Shown piece by piece: positions 18,611-28,589 of a stretch of DNA of 62,400 nt. The notes beneath the pieces are model-generated. The model saw nothing but the letters and a program-made list of their open reading frames with translations, searched no databases and was not told the origin of the DNA. A program made the translations under genes and the position numbers. Source of the stretch: a virus (Duplodnaviria > Caudoviricetes); IMG/VR virus record IMGVR_UViG_3300030202_002372, positions 1 to 62,400 of that record. One strand, written 5' to 3'. Numbering within the stretch: the stretch's first letter is position 1; each line of letters begins with the position of its first letter.

Positions 18611-18996
18611 TATTTTTTACCTCCGTTACGGAATATTTGTGTTCCCTTTATACCATAAATACTTGCAACGACAAGGATCCACAAATTTGTGAACCATGAA
18701 GGGAGCTGCGAAAACATGTCGAAGAATAATTTTACCTTGTCCATCGCTGTTGGATCGTCTGATACGACTGCCCAAGCGAGCACCAGCACGGGCAGGCTCA
18801 AAATTATAAGAACTGCCTCGTCTTTCCAGTCGGATTGTCGAGCTTCTAAAAGTTTTCCTTGGTAAGCTTCTTTTCCCTCGGCCATTTTTTGAGCATGCAT
18901 AAGTTGTGCATCAGACATTGCCATTTTTGTACGTTGTTTATTGGCGTAAATTTTACTTCCAGCAGAAACTGCTAATTTAATTGCGCTTAACCACAT
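18610..18996 (-). CDS. Holin-like membrane protein (3TM holin/GTA type)
   Basis: SDWKDE followed by TM segments, LP.WF..L...VVASIYGI. Confidence 0.65.
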   Translation of the reverse strand: MWLSAIKLAVSAGSKIYANKQRTKMAMSDAQLMHAQKMAEGKEAYQGKLLEARQSDWKDEAVLIILSLPVLVLAWAVVSDDPTAMDKVKLFFDMFSQLPSWFTNLWILVVASIYGIKGTQIFRNGGKK

Positions 18997-19315
18997 TTTT
19001 ATGCTCCTGTATTAAAAATTTTGCTTTCGCTTTTCTTCTTATACTAAGGTATTTTAAGATTTCTTTCAATATGTCGATTGCAGGTTGATTTCTGACCCTC
19101 CAACGGTAAGAAGTCTTCCAATGTTTCTTTCTAGGATTGATTTTTGTAACATGACCAACCATAAAAAACTTTTTCATTGATAAAATAACGTCTTCATCTG
19201 TCATTTCACAAGAAATTGTAGGGTAATAAATTTCTCCACGGTTTTTTTCCATGAAAAAACTGCCTTCGCCGTCTAAAATACCGGCAAAATAAGCTATTTT
19301 ATTTAACCCCGACAA
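18977..19315 (-). CDS. Free-standing single-motif LAGLIDADG homing endonuclease
   Basis: IAYFAGILDGEGSF motif; MTD..VI, Y.W.V, LKEILKYLSIRRK. Confidence 0.85.
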   Translation of the reverse strand: MSGLNKIAYFAGILDGEGSFFMEKNRGEIYYPTISCEMTDEDVILSMKKFFMVGHVTKINPRKKHWKTSYRWRVRNQPAIDILKEILKYLSIRRKAKAKFLIQEHKNVVKRN

Positions 19316-20036
19316 ATTTTACACCTCTACCTTTTTGAACGGCTCCTACACCTTTAATTCCATCTGGTCTAAAAGGACATTTTCCATGTGAATTAGGTCC
19401 TTTTTTTGGTGGAGGTCCAAATCTTTTTCCTCCTGAAAGTCCACCACGTTTAAATGATTTAGCTTTTTGAAAATCAAAGCCCATATAATATGGCATCACT
19501 GGTTGCCTAGCTACAGCTGGTTTAGCAGCTGTTGTTACAGGAGGTATGATTTTTTTAGGTTTTGGGTCCATACCCCTATCTGGTTTATCCTCTGTTCTTT
19601 TACCATAACCTGCTTCTTTAACGTATGCTTTTCCTTGAGGTGAATTAGGCTGCAATGATTTTCCGGTCGTTTTGTAATGATCTCGATACAAACCTTTTTG
19701 TCTAGAAAATTTTTGTCTTCCTTTGTAATTTGCGTAAGTAGCTAAATTTATTGCAACAGATAAAGGCCCTACATTTGGAAGAGGTTTTTCAAAAGGAACA
19801 TCTTTTGGATCGTTAGGTGGCCTATTTGTTTTAGTATCACCCGCACCCCCCTTCGTTGTTCTACTTCCTCCATAATATCCAGAACCTGGACTAAATCTTG
19901 AGTGTGAATGATCAGAACCAGTATTACCAGTATTGCCAGTATTACCAGAACCCATCCCAGTTGCACCTGCACCTAGATCTTGGCCACCTTTAGCTTTTAC
20001 AACTTTTTTTAAATTTACTTTATTTTTTTTCTTCAC
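19299..20036 (-). CDS. Basic Gly/Lys-rich hypothetical protein with xxxGG motifs
   Basis: KAKGG, FKRGG, GGKRFGPPPKKGP, GVGAVQKG. Confidence 0.65.
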   Translation of the reverse strand: MKKKNKVNLKKVVKAKGGQDLGAGATGMGSGNTGNTGNTGSDHSHSRFSPGSGYYGGSRTTKGGAGDTKTNRPPNDPKDVPFEKPLPNVGPLSVAINLATYANYKGRQKFSRQKGLYRDHYKTTGKSLQPNSPQGKAYVKEAGYGKRTEDKPDRGMDPKPKKIIPPVTTAAKPAVARQPVMPYYMGFDFQKAKSFKRGGLSGGKRFGPPPKKGPNSHGKCPFRPDGIKGVGAVQKGRGVKFVGVK

Positions 20037-22365
20037 GTGCTTTATCCTGTAATATTTTTAATCTACCTCTTTGAACTTCTTCTTGTAAGTTTAACTTATC
20101 TTCTGCAATTATTTGTTGAGATTCAAATTTATTTGTTTCAACATTTAATCTATCAGCAGTTTCTTGAGCTTTTCTAGAAATGTCTTGAGCTTTTAAATCT
20201 AATTCTCTTTGTTTTAACATCACTAATGGATCTTGGTTTTGTTGTCCCATAAATTGCATTTCTTGGGCAATTAATTCATCTGTTAATACAACTACTCTTT
20301 CAGCTACTGCAGAAGCAAATTGTTTTGCAAATTCTTCTGGATCAGCTTGTTGTAATTGAACTAGGTTTGGTTGTTTCATAAAAGCTTCCATGATCTCTTT
20401 TTTTGCTTTTAAACTAACGTGTTCTGAAATATGTCCTTGTAACAATGCATACACAGCTGGATTAGATTGAACCATTCTAGATCTGATGAATGACATATGT
20501 GCTGCAATATGAGCATCATGATTTTGCTCTGCAAATGCTTTTGGTAATTGCATCTGTAAAGCTGCTGTATTTTCTTGAGCTGGATCTATTGGTACAGGAG
20601 GATCAGGTTCAGGTTGCAGTAAAGCATCTATATTTCTTACACCTAAAGCTTCATACATTCTTCTGTATGCTTCATGCATATTATGAATTTGAGGATTAGC
20701 TTGTGCTAACTGTAGTTCTGTTTGAGCAAGGGTCACTCTTTGAGACATAGAAAATATGTTAGGATCTGCAACTGGCACTACATCTACTCGGTCATCAAAG
20801 TCTGACATTTTAATCATTCTATTTCCACCTACTACATTGTAAGGATACTCAGGAGGTAAATACTCAGAAAATATTCTAGACATAATTCTAAATTCTTCTT
20901 TCATAGAATAGTATGCTCGTTTATGTATTGCAGACATAACTCTTGATCCACGTTCTAATAACGCAACTGTAGTTCCGACTGCAGCTTGTTGATTACCGTC
21001 ACCAACTTGTAAATCAGCGATCGCAGCAAATCTTCTACCTGCATCAACACAAAAACCTAATAATGAAAACAGTGTTTGACTTGGTTCTTTAAAAGGTAAT
21101 AATTGAAATTGATCTCTAATATTACCACCGGGAGCATCAATATCTCTGAACTCTCCAGGTTGAAGTGGTTCCGCATCATCTCTAACTCTTAATCCTCTTG
21201 ATTTAAATCCTGCTGGTAGGTTAGCTAAAGTTCCCGCGTCTAGTAATTGTCTCAAAGCCCCAGTTGCAGCTTTAGATAACCCACCTATCATATGAATTAG
21301 GCCAAAGCCATAAAAGCCAAGACCAGGTAGAAATTTGTAATGAACAAAATGAGGAATTCTTTTTCTTGTTTGATCATCAGGTTTATAGTTTCTGTATATA
21401 GACATGATGGTCATACTATCTCTGTCTAATGTTACGATGTACGGAACTTTCACTCCGTCATCACTTTCATAACCTGGTAAATCTAAATCCACATGCATCT
21501 CAACAAAGTTGTAAAGGTCTTGATATTTTTGTGGAGTTACTCCTTCTAGTTCTTGATATTTTTTTTGTGCTCTGTCTTCATTAAAAAATGGTTCTGGTAA
21601 TTCAACATCTCTATAAAATCCTGATGCAATTCTTTTTGCTACAGTGTTTTTTGTTACACGTTGAACTTCTGATATTCTTTCAGCTTCGTATAAATCAGAT
21701 GCATTATAAGGAACAACTAAATCTTCTGCATGTATAAATGTTGCTTTACATCTTTGAGCTGCAGGATCGTAATAAACTTTTTTAAAGGTTGAACCAGCTA
21801 GTGGTAAGAAAAATAACATTTGATCCATCTCAGGTGTATATTCTTCCATCACATCTGTTATTTGATAGTTCATATAATCTCTAACACGATTTGCTTGTTG
21901 AATAGTTTCTTTAGATTCTGCTCCAACTACCTGTGTTCTTACTGGTCCATCAGATGGTAATAATTCTTTAAACGCTTGTGCTTGAAACTGTGTTGCTGCT
22001 TCTGCTAATAAAGGATGAGTCACACCAGATGCACCAATGAATGGTCTTGTTACTTCTTGGTATTTAAATCCTAACAGATCTAAACCTTTAGTGTAAGTTT
22101 CAATATAAGATTTTCTAGCTAAGCTATCATCTTTAAAATCTGCTAATAGTTTTGATGCTAATGATTTAAGATCTGAGTCATCTAAAAACTCAGCTAGGTT
22201 TGCATAAAAATCATCTTGAGGTGCTGTGGGTGCTTCTTCACCAGCTAATAGATTTCCTTCCTCATCTTCTATTGCATCGATATCCTCATTAATTGTGGTT
22301 CCTTCAGGACCTTCAATTTCAATATCTTCCTGCTCTTGGACTTCTACTAAATCTTCTCTTGACAT
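20020..22365 (-). CDS. Portal protein
   Basis: 781 aa; GASGVTHPLLAEAATQFQAQA, LPLAGSTFKKVY, PGLGFYGFGLIH, LRQLLDAGTLANLP. Confidence 0.9.
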   Translation of the reverse strand: MSREDLVEVQEQEDIEIEGPEGTTINEDIDAIEDEEGNLLAGEEAPTAPQDDFYANLAEFLDDSDLKSLASKLLADFKDDSLARKSYIETYTKGLDLLGFKYQEVTRPFIGASGVTHPLLAEAATQFQAQAFKELLPSDGPVRTQVVGAESKETIQQANRVRDYMNYQITDVMEEYTPEMDQMLFFLPLAGSTFKKVYYDPAAQRCKATFIHAEDLVVPYNASDLYEAERISEVQRVTKNTVAKRIASGFYRDVELPEPFFNEDRAQKKYQELEGVTPQKYQDLYNFVEMHVDLDLPGYESDDGVKVPYIVTLDRDSMTIMSIYRNYKPDDQTRKRIPHFVHYKFLPGLGFYGFGLIHMIGGLSKAATGALRQLLDAGTLANLPAGFKSRGLRVRDDAEPLQPGEFRDIDAPGGNIRDQFQLLPFKEPSQTLFSLLGFCVDAGRRFAAIADLQVGDGNQQAAVGTTVALLERGSRVMSAIHKRAYYSMKEEFRIMSRIFSEYLPPEYPYNVVGGNRMIKMSDFDDRVDVVPVADPNIFSMSQRVTLAQTELQLAQANPQIHNMHEAYRRMYEALGVRNIDALLQPEPDPPVPIDPAQENTAALQMQLPKAFAEQNHDAHIAAHMSFIRSRMVQSNPAVYALLQGHISEHVSLKAKKEIMEAFMKQPNLVQLQQADPEEFAKQFASAVAERVVVLTDELIAQEMQFMGQQNQDPLVMLKQRELDLKAQDISRKAQETADRLNVETNKFESQQIIAEDKLNLQEEVQRGRLKILQDKAREEKK

Positions 22366-22377
22366 AATTTCCCTTTC

Positions 22378-22821
22378 TTAACGATATCCACCAAAAGACT
22401 TTCGCAATGCTGTACCAAATCCTCTTAGAGCTGCCCCAACACCACGTTTATTTATTGGTTTAGGTTTTAAAACTTTTCCTTGAAAAGTTGGTTTAGGTCT
22501 GATTACACCACCTTTTTGTAACCCAAATAATTCTTTACCTGCACCTTTTGTCATATCTAATACTTCTCTAATTTTTTTTCGGTGTCTTTTTATATTATCT
22601 CTACCTCTTTGCTCTGCGGTGTTTTTCTTTGATTCGTACTTTCCCACACGCCTATCTTGTTTTTTTGGATTTTCCATACTTCCTCCTTTTTTTCTCCCAG
22701 TCATAACTTTAACAATCTTTCTCATTTGCGGAACTGCTCTTGCAGTTCTGGCACTAGCCATAGGTTTTGTTTTACCTTTTGCTGCCTGCGTTTGCAATTG
22801 TAATTTAGCTAGATTTTTCAT
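22378..22821 (-). CDS. Basic hypothetical protein with xxxGG motifs
   Basis: RKKGG, LQKGG, GVGAALRGFG. Confidence 0.6.
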   Translation of the reverse strand: MKNLAKLQLQTQAAKGKTKPMASARTARAVPQMRKIVKVMTGRKKGGSMENPKKQDRRVGKYESKKNTAEQRGRDNIKRHRKKIREVLDMTKGAGKELFGLQKGGVIRPKPTFQGKVLKPKPINKRGVGAALRGFGTALRKSFGGYR

Positions 22822-22823
22822 AA

Positions 22824-25256
22824 TTAAAATATTGATGCAAAATACTCTCTTTTTGGCTCAAACGCAACCAAACCACCCGTTTTATAAGATCTCATCTTTT
22901 TCTTCTTTAATAACTTAGCTGCATTCTCTGGTATTTCTAACACTATTCCGCTAAATGCTTCTTCAACTTTAATATCCTCTCCACCTAATAAATCAGCAGC
23001 TAATCTGTCAGATGTTGATCTGTTTGAATTTAATTTGTTTAACACATAATCTCTGTTTGCTTTTTTCTTAAACGTAGCCATTATTGTTCCGTTTGGATTT
23101 CTAATTGCATAACTTCCATCCTTTGGCATTGATGTATTAAATACTTTTTGTTTTCTAACAACTAAATCAATTCCATAATCTTGTTTAAATTGTTTAGCAA
23201 TTTTTTTTAATGTTGCTGGATATATAGCATCTGGACTACTTTTTTTACCTGGCGCTGGTAATGCACCTTGCTCTAATGCTTTTAGCTTTGAACCTTTTTC
23301 ATCACCATAGTAAAGATAATGACCTTTGTCTTTTGAGTGGTGGGTATTTTTACTTACCGGAACGACTGTGATTCCTCTTTTGCCTTTTACGATTGCATCA
23401 TTGACCGCGGATCTAAGAGCCAGTTCATAATATGATTTTAAATAAGGATAGTAATCAGGACTTTTTTTAGTTGCATCTCCTACTGCTTTGTAAAGTTTTT
23501 GCATAGACTCGTCTGTCATAAGTTCTGATTTTTGAAAATATTTTTTATACAAAGCTTGTTCAGCATCTAGATCATTTAATTTTTTCATTTCTGCACTTGT
23601 TAAAGATTGTTTTCTTAACTTTGCTAATATTGGTTTTTGTTCATCAACTAAAGTAAGTAATCTTTTTTTAATAATTGATTCAACTAAAGATTTACCATAA
23701 GGGTTATTCATAGCTTTTCGAATATCAGCTGACTTAGATCCTCCGTAAAAAGGTTGAAGGGTGTCTGATTGTATTTCATCAATAGCAATTATAGGTTCGC
23801 CTTTTTGATTATATCTAGTTTTAGCTCTGTAATGAACTACAGGGTTTACATCTGGAAAATGTCCGCTTTCAACAAATTTACCTTTACTCTTATTGCCCGG
23901 TATTGCTTCATCTAAACTTATTACAGTTTCATAATAATTATCTCCACCTGTAGTAGTAGACGTAGAGTGTTTCGCAGGTCCTGAAAACTCACCTTTGCTA
24001 GGAGAAACATACTTTCTCATTTTTTCTATATTAGATATAAAGGATCTCATAATTTGCTGATCTCCAACTGAAAGTGATGGTATGATATCTCTTAACGGAT
24101 TAAGTTTTCTATCACTTGCAAAGTTTGCAACAACCGTTCTATTAGATGCAGTTTTGTCATAAGACTTTTGTAAATCTGTTAGTATTTGTTCAACATTTCT
24201 AAACGCAGCTCTATCTGCAGTGTTGGTTGTTTGAAATATTTTTTCATTAAGACTGCCCTTTAGATTTGCATTCATAATATCTGTTGAAGCATAGAGATCA
24301 AAAAAGTCAGAATCAAAATCTCGACTCCCATATCTATTTATTTTGAGTCTTTGAGAAGGTGCGTTTTTTAACATCTTAAGGATATCTTGTTTTGATATTG
24401 TTCCACCAATTTCTTTTGGTATTGATGCTAAAGCTCCACCAATAGGTTTAAAACTTTCATCTAGTTTTAAAATACCTGCATCAAAAATTTCTTCTCTGTT
24501 TACTTTACCAGTTCTAATTAAATTTATCACACGATTAGTTATTTGATCATTGTTCATCCCTGTAAAATTTTCTTTTGCAATTACATCAAATGATCTTGAG
24601 CCTAAAAAATCAGAAGTAGACTTTGAGTATTTTGTTCTGACAGGTGTGCCTGTTTCACCAAAATTAAATTTTTCAGTAATTTTTACTGGTACATCTTTTT
24701 GCTTAACAACAATGTCAGCTCTTTGGTTTGCAACTTTTTGACCAGGTTGTTCTAAAACCTCTTCTGGAATATCTGTTCGTGGGCTAGCTCCTCTAGCAGG
24801 TTCTTGCATTCTAAATTTAGACGTCATGTTACGATACCCTTTACCTATGATATCTCTCATTAAAAACGCTGCAGCTCCACCTATTACCCCACCTCCTAGC
24901 CAATAAGGTAATGTCCCTGCTGACATGACTGGGACTCCAATACCATGAACGATTGTTCCTGGAACATCTCTTTCTTCAACAGCATTTTTTAGAGCAGCTA
25001 TTTCTTGATTTGTGTATTCAACAGCTCTTGCTTCTCCAATCCCTGGAAGCATATCTTTAGAAATTTCATTTAATAAATTTAATGTATCACTTCCAAAAGC
25101 TTTAAGTGCTAATATCTCACGTTCAGTTATGGGTCTTTGTAACAGAGCACCTGGCGGTGGTAGGTCGTTGAGCGTTACTTTCTCTTGCGTTTTTTTATTA
25201 ACCTCAACTGGTTGATAAGTATTGTCATCAGGTATTTTAGGTAATTGATCTATCAC
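22824..25256 (-). CDS. Large putative internal virion/ejected protein
   Basis: 810 aa between terL and portal; GHF...VHYR...IAIDEIQSD motif; C-terminal YKTGGLV. Confidence 0.5.
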   Translation of the reverse strand: MIDQLPKIPDDNTYQPVEVNKKTQEKVTLNDLPPPGALLQRPITEREILALKAFGSDTLNLLNEISKDMLPGIGEARAVEYTNQEIAALKNAVEERDVPGTIVHGIGVPVMSAGTLPYWLGGGVIGGAAAFLMRDIIGKGYRNMTSKFRMQEPARGASPRTDIPEEVLEQPGQKVANQRADIVVKQKDVPVKITEKFNFGETGTPVRTKYSKSTSDFLGSRSFDVIAKENFTGMNNDQITNRVINLIRTGKVNREEIFDAGILKLDESFKPIGGALASIPKEIGGTISKQDILKMLKNAPSQRLKINRYGSRDFDSDFFDLYASTDIMNANLKGSLNEKIFQTTNTADRAAFRNVEQILTDLQKSYDKTASNRTVVANFASDRKLNPLRDIIPSLSVGDQQIMRSFISNIEKMRKYVSPSKGEFSGPAKHSTSTTTGGDNYYETVISLDEAIPGNKSKGKFVESGHFPDVNPVVHYRAKTRYNQKGEPIIAIDEIQSDTLQPFYGGSKSADIRKAMNNPYGKSLVESIIKKRLLTLVDEQKPILAKLRKQSLTSAEMKKLNDLDAEQALYKKYFQKSELMTDESMQKLYKAVGDATKKSPDYYPYLKSYYELALRSAVNDAIVKGKRGITVVPVSKNTHHSKDKGHYLYYGDEKGSKLKALEQGALPAPGKKSSPDAIYPATLKKIAKQFKQDYGIDLVVRKQKVFNTSMPKDGSYAIRNPNGTIMATFKKKANRDYVLNKLNSNRSTSDRLAADLLGGEDIKVEEAFSGIVLEIPENAAKLLKKKKMRSYKTGGLVAFEPKREYFASIF

Positions 25257-25495
25257 TTATCTCTCCTCATTGCTCTTTGTCTAAATAATCTATTAACATT
25301 TTGATTTGCTTTTTTAATTATAGAAATAACATCTTTTCTTGGGACTCCTTGGTTTCTAAGTATATTTCCTTTTTCTACAATTTTGTTATGCATTTCTACT
25401 TTACCAAAACCTCCCCTAGAACCTTTAATATATAATTCAGCTTGTTCTAGAAACTTCTTTTTAGTATATGGTTTTTTCTTTGGTATAGTTGTCAT
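25253..25495 (-). CDS. Small basic hypothetical protein
   Basis: 80 aa, overlaps both neighbours. Confidence 0.55.
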   Translation of the reverse strand: MTTIPKKKPYTKKKFLEQAELYIKGSRGGFGKVEMHNKIVEKGNILRNQGVPRKDVISIIKKANQNVNRLFRQRAMRRDK

Positions 25496-27018
25496 TCAAA
25501 ATAATACTTTGGCCTTTCACCTTTATTCTTGGGTTCTTCAGGTTCATCTGAAAATAAGCTCACAAAATTACCCTTACGATATCTTAACACAGCTTGGGTG
25601 GTGCTGTCCACGTAGTCATCAAACTCACCAAAGGGAAATGCTGCACATTCCTCAATTAACTCCTCTGCAAATCTTTCTCCTTCAGGATAGAATACCTGAC
25701 CTGATTCAAAGATTGGAGCACAAGCGTGAACTCTTGCGTGTTTGTCTTTACCCTTTACTGGTACAAACTCTACAACAGGGACACCCATTTTTCTCATTTC
25801 TTGGATCAGGGGTTCTCCTGTAGCTTTCTTCTCCACGATTACCGTTTCTGGGTCCCAGTATTTATACTGATCGAAAGCAACCATTTTAAGTTCTGGAAAG
25901 TCATATCTACCACGTAATGCATCTAATAATATCAATGCAGGTTTATAATCTTCAAAAGGTGTAAACACACCCCATGTAGTTATAGCTGAGTAATCTGCAG
26001 TTTCTTTTTTAGAGAAAGCAGTATCATAACTTTGTATGATATGTTTAAGTTCTGGTAATTTATTAGCATCCCATGATTGCCACCACTCACGTTTTAATAT
26101 TGCTCCTTCTTCTGCAGTAGGATTCTGCATGTACTGCGCATTCCATTTTGTAATTGGTATAGACGCTTTTGTTCCAAGGAGGGACTCCTTTGTCCAATAC
26201 TCAGGCCAGACAGGTTCATCGTTAGGCAGGATAGCTGGAAATTCAACTACCTCCCATTGATCAGCACCTGGGTTCCGCTGTTCGCGAATCAGTTTACCTG
26301 TAAGATCATTTTGTGCCCATCGTGTCATGACAAGTACAATAGCACCACCAGGCTGCAAACGCTGACGAGGGCCAGACGTATACCATTCGAATGTTCGTTC
26401 TAAAGATTCTTTTGATCCTACAGTTTGTTCAGTGTGCGGGTCATCAATAATAAGGACATCAGCACCACGTCCCGTGATGGAACCACCAACACCAGCAGCA
26501 TAATATTCACCACCTTGATTAGTCTCCCAACGTCCAGCAGCTTTGGAATCCTGTGATAGAGTTACGTTTTGAAATACTTTTTTATATTCCTCAGAGTCAA
26601 CAAGATTTCTCACCTTCCGACCAAAACGTTGTGATAGTTCAGCATTATGTGAAACTTGCATTATCTTTGCTTTAGGATTCTTTCCTATAATCCAGGCAGG
26701 TAACAAGTAAGATGCAAACTCAGATTTAGTATGCCTTGGTGGCATATTAACAATTAATCTTTTAAGAGATCCATCTGCTATTCTATCAAACTTATCAGCT
26801 ATAATTTGATGGTGGCCCCATTGTGTTTTATGTTTAGCCTTACGATAAATGAAGTCAGGCCAAACCTGAGTTACAAAATATAAAAAATCTGACCTGCCCT
26901 TTAATATTTTTTTAGCATCTAAGAATTGTTTTAATTTCTCTAGTTTTTCTCTTGGTAACTGGTTTAGGTCCATAAGTATATTTGGCCAATTGTATTTGAA
27001 TTTCTTGCATCCTAACAC
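25492..27018 (-). CDS. terL: Terminase large subunit (probable true start ATG 26973)
   Basis: NMPPRHTKS Walker A, ITGRGAD, LIIDDP Walker B, MTRW, QSYDTA and DDYVDS nuclease motifs. Confidence 0.95.
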   Translation of the reverse strand: MLGCKKFKYNWPNILMDLNQLPREKLEKLKQFLDAKKILKGRSDFLYFVTQVWPDFIYRKAKHKTQWGHHQIIADKFDRIADGSLKRLIVNMPPRHTKSEFASYLLPAWIIGKNPKAKIMQVSHNAELSQRFGRKVRNLVDSEEYKKVFQNVTLSQDSKAAGRWETNQGGEYYAAGVGGSITGRGADVLIIDDPHTEQTVGSKESLERTFEWYTSGPRQRLQPGGAIVLVMTRWAQNDLTGKLIREQRNPGADQWEVVEFPAILPNDEPVWPEYWTKESLLGTKASIPITKWNAQYMQNPTAEEGAILKREWWQSWDANKLPELKHIIQSYDTAFSKKETADYSAITTWGVFTPFEDYKPALILLDALRGRYDFPELKMVAFDQYKYWDPETVIVEKKATGEPLIQEMRKMGVPVVEFVPVKGKDKHARVHACAPIFESGQVFYPEGERFAEELIEECAAFPFGEFDDYVDSTTQAVLRYRKGNFVSLFSDEPEEPKNKGERPKYYFE

Positions 27019-27110
27019 ACATTATAAGTTACATCAACGTATAAAAGGGGGGTCGGGGTTGCTGTCGAGGTTGTGTCGATTTTGGGATTGGTAAGAATTA
27101 CTTATGAGAT

Positions 27111-27143
27111 AAAAAAAAAGAGGGCGAGTGTTAAGTCGCCCTC
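27111..27143 (-). terminator. Rho-independent terminator
   Basis: GAGGGCGA-CUUAACAC-UCGCCCUC then U9, downstream of 27176..27439. Confidence 0.85.
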
Positions 27144-27175
27144 AATTACATTAGCTTGTTAGTTAATGATTAGGT

Positions 27176-27439
27176 TTATAATTGTCGATTAAGATTGAAT
27201 TGTTCTGCAAGTTCTTCTATTAACTCATTTGCAAACTTGCTAACAACTTCATTGTCTTTGTTCGCTTGTATAAATTCAAATATTTTTCCATCTAAATAAC
27301 AAGCCAACATTTGCCAATTAATTCTTTTCTCATTATTCAATCGTTCAAGAAAAGATTTCAATCTCTCAACAATCTCATTGTTATCTTTTGAAGTCATTAC
27401 TAAAGACTTCAATTCAACTATTTGATTATTACTAGGCAT
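27176..27439 (-). CDS. Early hypothetical protein, own promoter and terminator (start revised from 27475)
   Basis: GAAAGGAG SD precedes ATG 27439 (MPSNNQ); the longer start falls within the promoter. Confidence 0.7.
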   Translation of the reverse strand: MPSNNQIVELKSLVMTSKDNNEIVERLKSFLERLNNEKRINWQMLACYLDGKIFEFIQANKDNEVVSKFANELIEELAEQFNLNRQL

Positions 27440-27464
27440 AAGTTTAATACTCCTTTCATATTTT

Positions 27465-27492
27465 AATATAGTCATAAGATTTCATAAGTCAA
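27465..27492 (-). promoter_or_regulatory. Sigma70-like promoter
   Basis: TTGACT-N16-TATATT. Confidence 0.65.
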
Positions 27493-27649
27493 GATAAGAT
27501 ATATATTTATTTACAACTTACAGTTGTGTTCAAGACCACACCCAAATCTGTGTCCTGAAGTTCACCTGCCATTTTTTTAAAGCACAGGTGAGCTGCCGTC
27601 TGCTTTTTTTCCAGAAACGGCATTTATCCTTATCTTTCCGTGAATTTTC

Positions 27650-27833
27650 GCCAGGGCCGCTGCCCAGAGTGAGATGTAAAAAACCCAGCAAAAATGCAAT
27701 TTGCTTCAAAACGGGAACGGGAAATCGTTTGTTTATGTAGATTTTTGAACTGGATTTTTCGCTGGCGCCCGCGGACTCTGGTCAGTATTAAAAAACCGTC
27801 CCCATTGCATTTTGCTTGACAACGGGAACGGGG
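27650..27833 (+). repeat. Left block of ~100-bp-period array (2 clear units; copy 1 of ~175-bp direct repeat)
   Basis: AACGGGAACGGG at 27710 and 27821, each about 60 bp after a GC patch. Confidence 0.85.
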
Positions 27834-27841
27834 ATTTGATT

Positions 27842-28492
27842 TTAGTTTGTTTTAGATGGTGCTTGTATTTCCTTGAACAAGTTTGAGAATTTACCTCGTC
27901 TATCATCACCCATTTCATCATGATGTTCAGCTTTACCTAAATCATTATCAAGAATAGGAAAATGCGTCCCAATTGTTTTTATTTGGTCACAAGTATGGAT
28001 CATCATAATCTCTTGCCTATCAGGGTGTTCACTAGGTGCAAGATTAGTTTCTTCACCCTTTTTTATTTTCATAGCATAAGCCTCAGTCATGAAAGTATAG
28101 AAAGGTGCATTGAAATCATCAAGCATACCTGACACCACAGTCACGGCTAAGTTCTTTGATATATCACTAGAAAACTTGCAACCTATTACCATTTCACCAA
28201 AAGGTGATTTGGGTTCAGGGTCATGCAAGACTTCAACTCTTTTACCCATTTGGATAAATTGATTACCTCTTTCTGAAACCATATTTCTTTTGTATGGAAT
28301 AAAAAATAGGGCAGGCAGTTCTATTTCTTTTCTTCTATGAAATAAAAATGCATCTCTACCATGATTGACAGAGTACTTGTGATAATCTTCACAAGACTTG
28401 TACTGCTCTTCCAATGGTCTGATTGCAACAAACTCAATAGGAAAGTTTTTCATAAACTTTTCTTTGAGTTCTTTTATTAACTTCTCGTCCAT
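27842..28492 (-). CDS. Early hypothetical protein embedded in the repeat array (start revised from 28537)
   Basis: AAAGGAG SD before ATG 28492 (MDEKLI); PSEHPDRQE motif. Confidence 0.7.
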   Translation of the reverse strand: MDEKLIKELKEKFMKNFPIEFVAIRPLEEQYKSCEDYHKYSVNHGRDAFLFHRRKEIELPALFFIPYKRNMVSERGNQFIQMGKRVEVLHDPEPKSPFGEMVIGCKFSSDISKNLAVTVVSGMLDDFNAPFYTFMTEAYAMKIKKGEETNLAPSEHPDRQEIMMIHTCDQIKTIGTHFPILDNDLGKAEHHDEMGDDRRGKFSNLFKEIQAPSKTN

Positions 28493-28520
28493 GTTTGCTC
28501 CTTTGTTTTTAGTTGAGTTC

Positions 28521-28548
28521 ATCTTATCAAATCCCACGACATTGTCAA
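28521..28548 (-). promoter_or_regulatory. Sigma70-like promoter with CGTGGGAT in the spacer
   Basis: TTGACA-N16-TAAGAT, extended TG, AT-rich upstream tract. Confidence 0.7.
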
Positions 28549-28589
28549 ACCTAAAAAAAATAAATTAAAAAAATATTCAAACCCACCAG

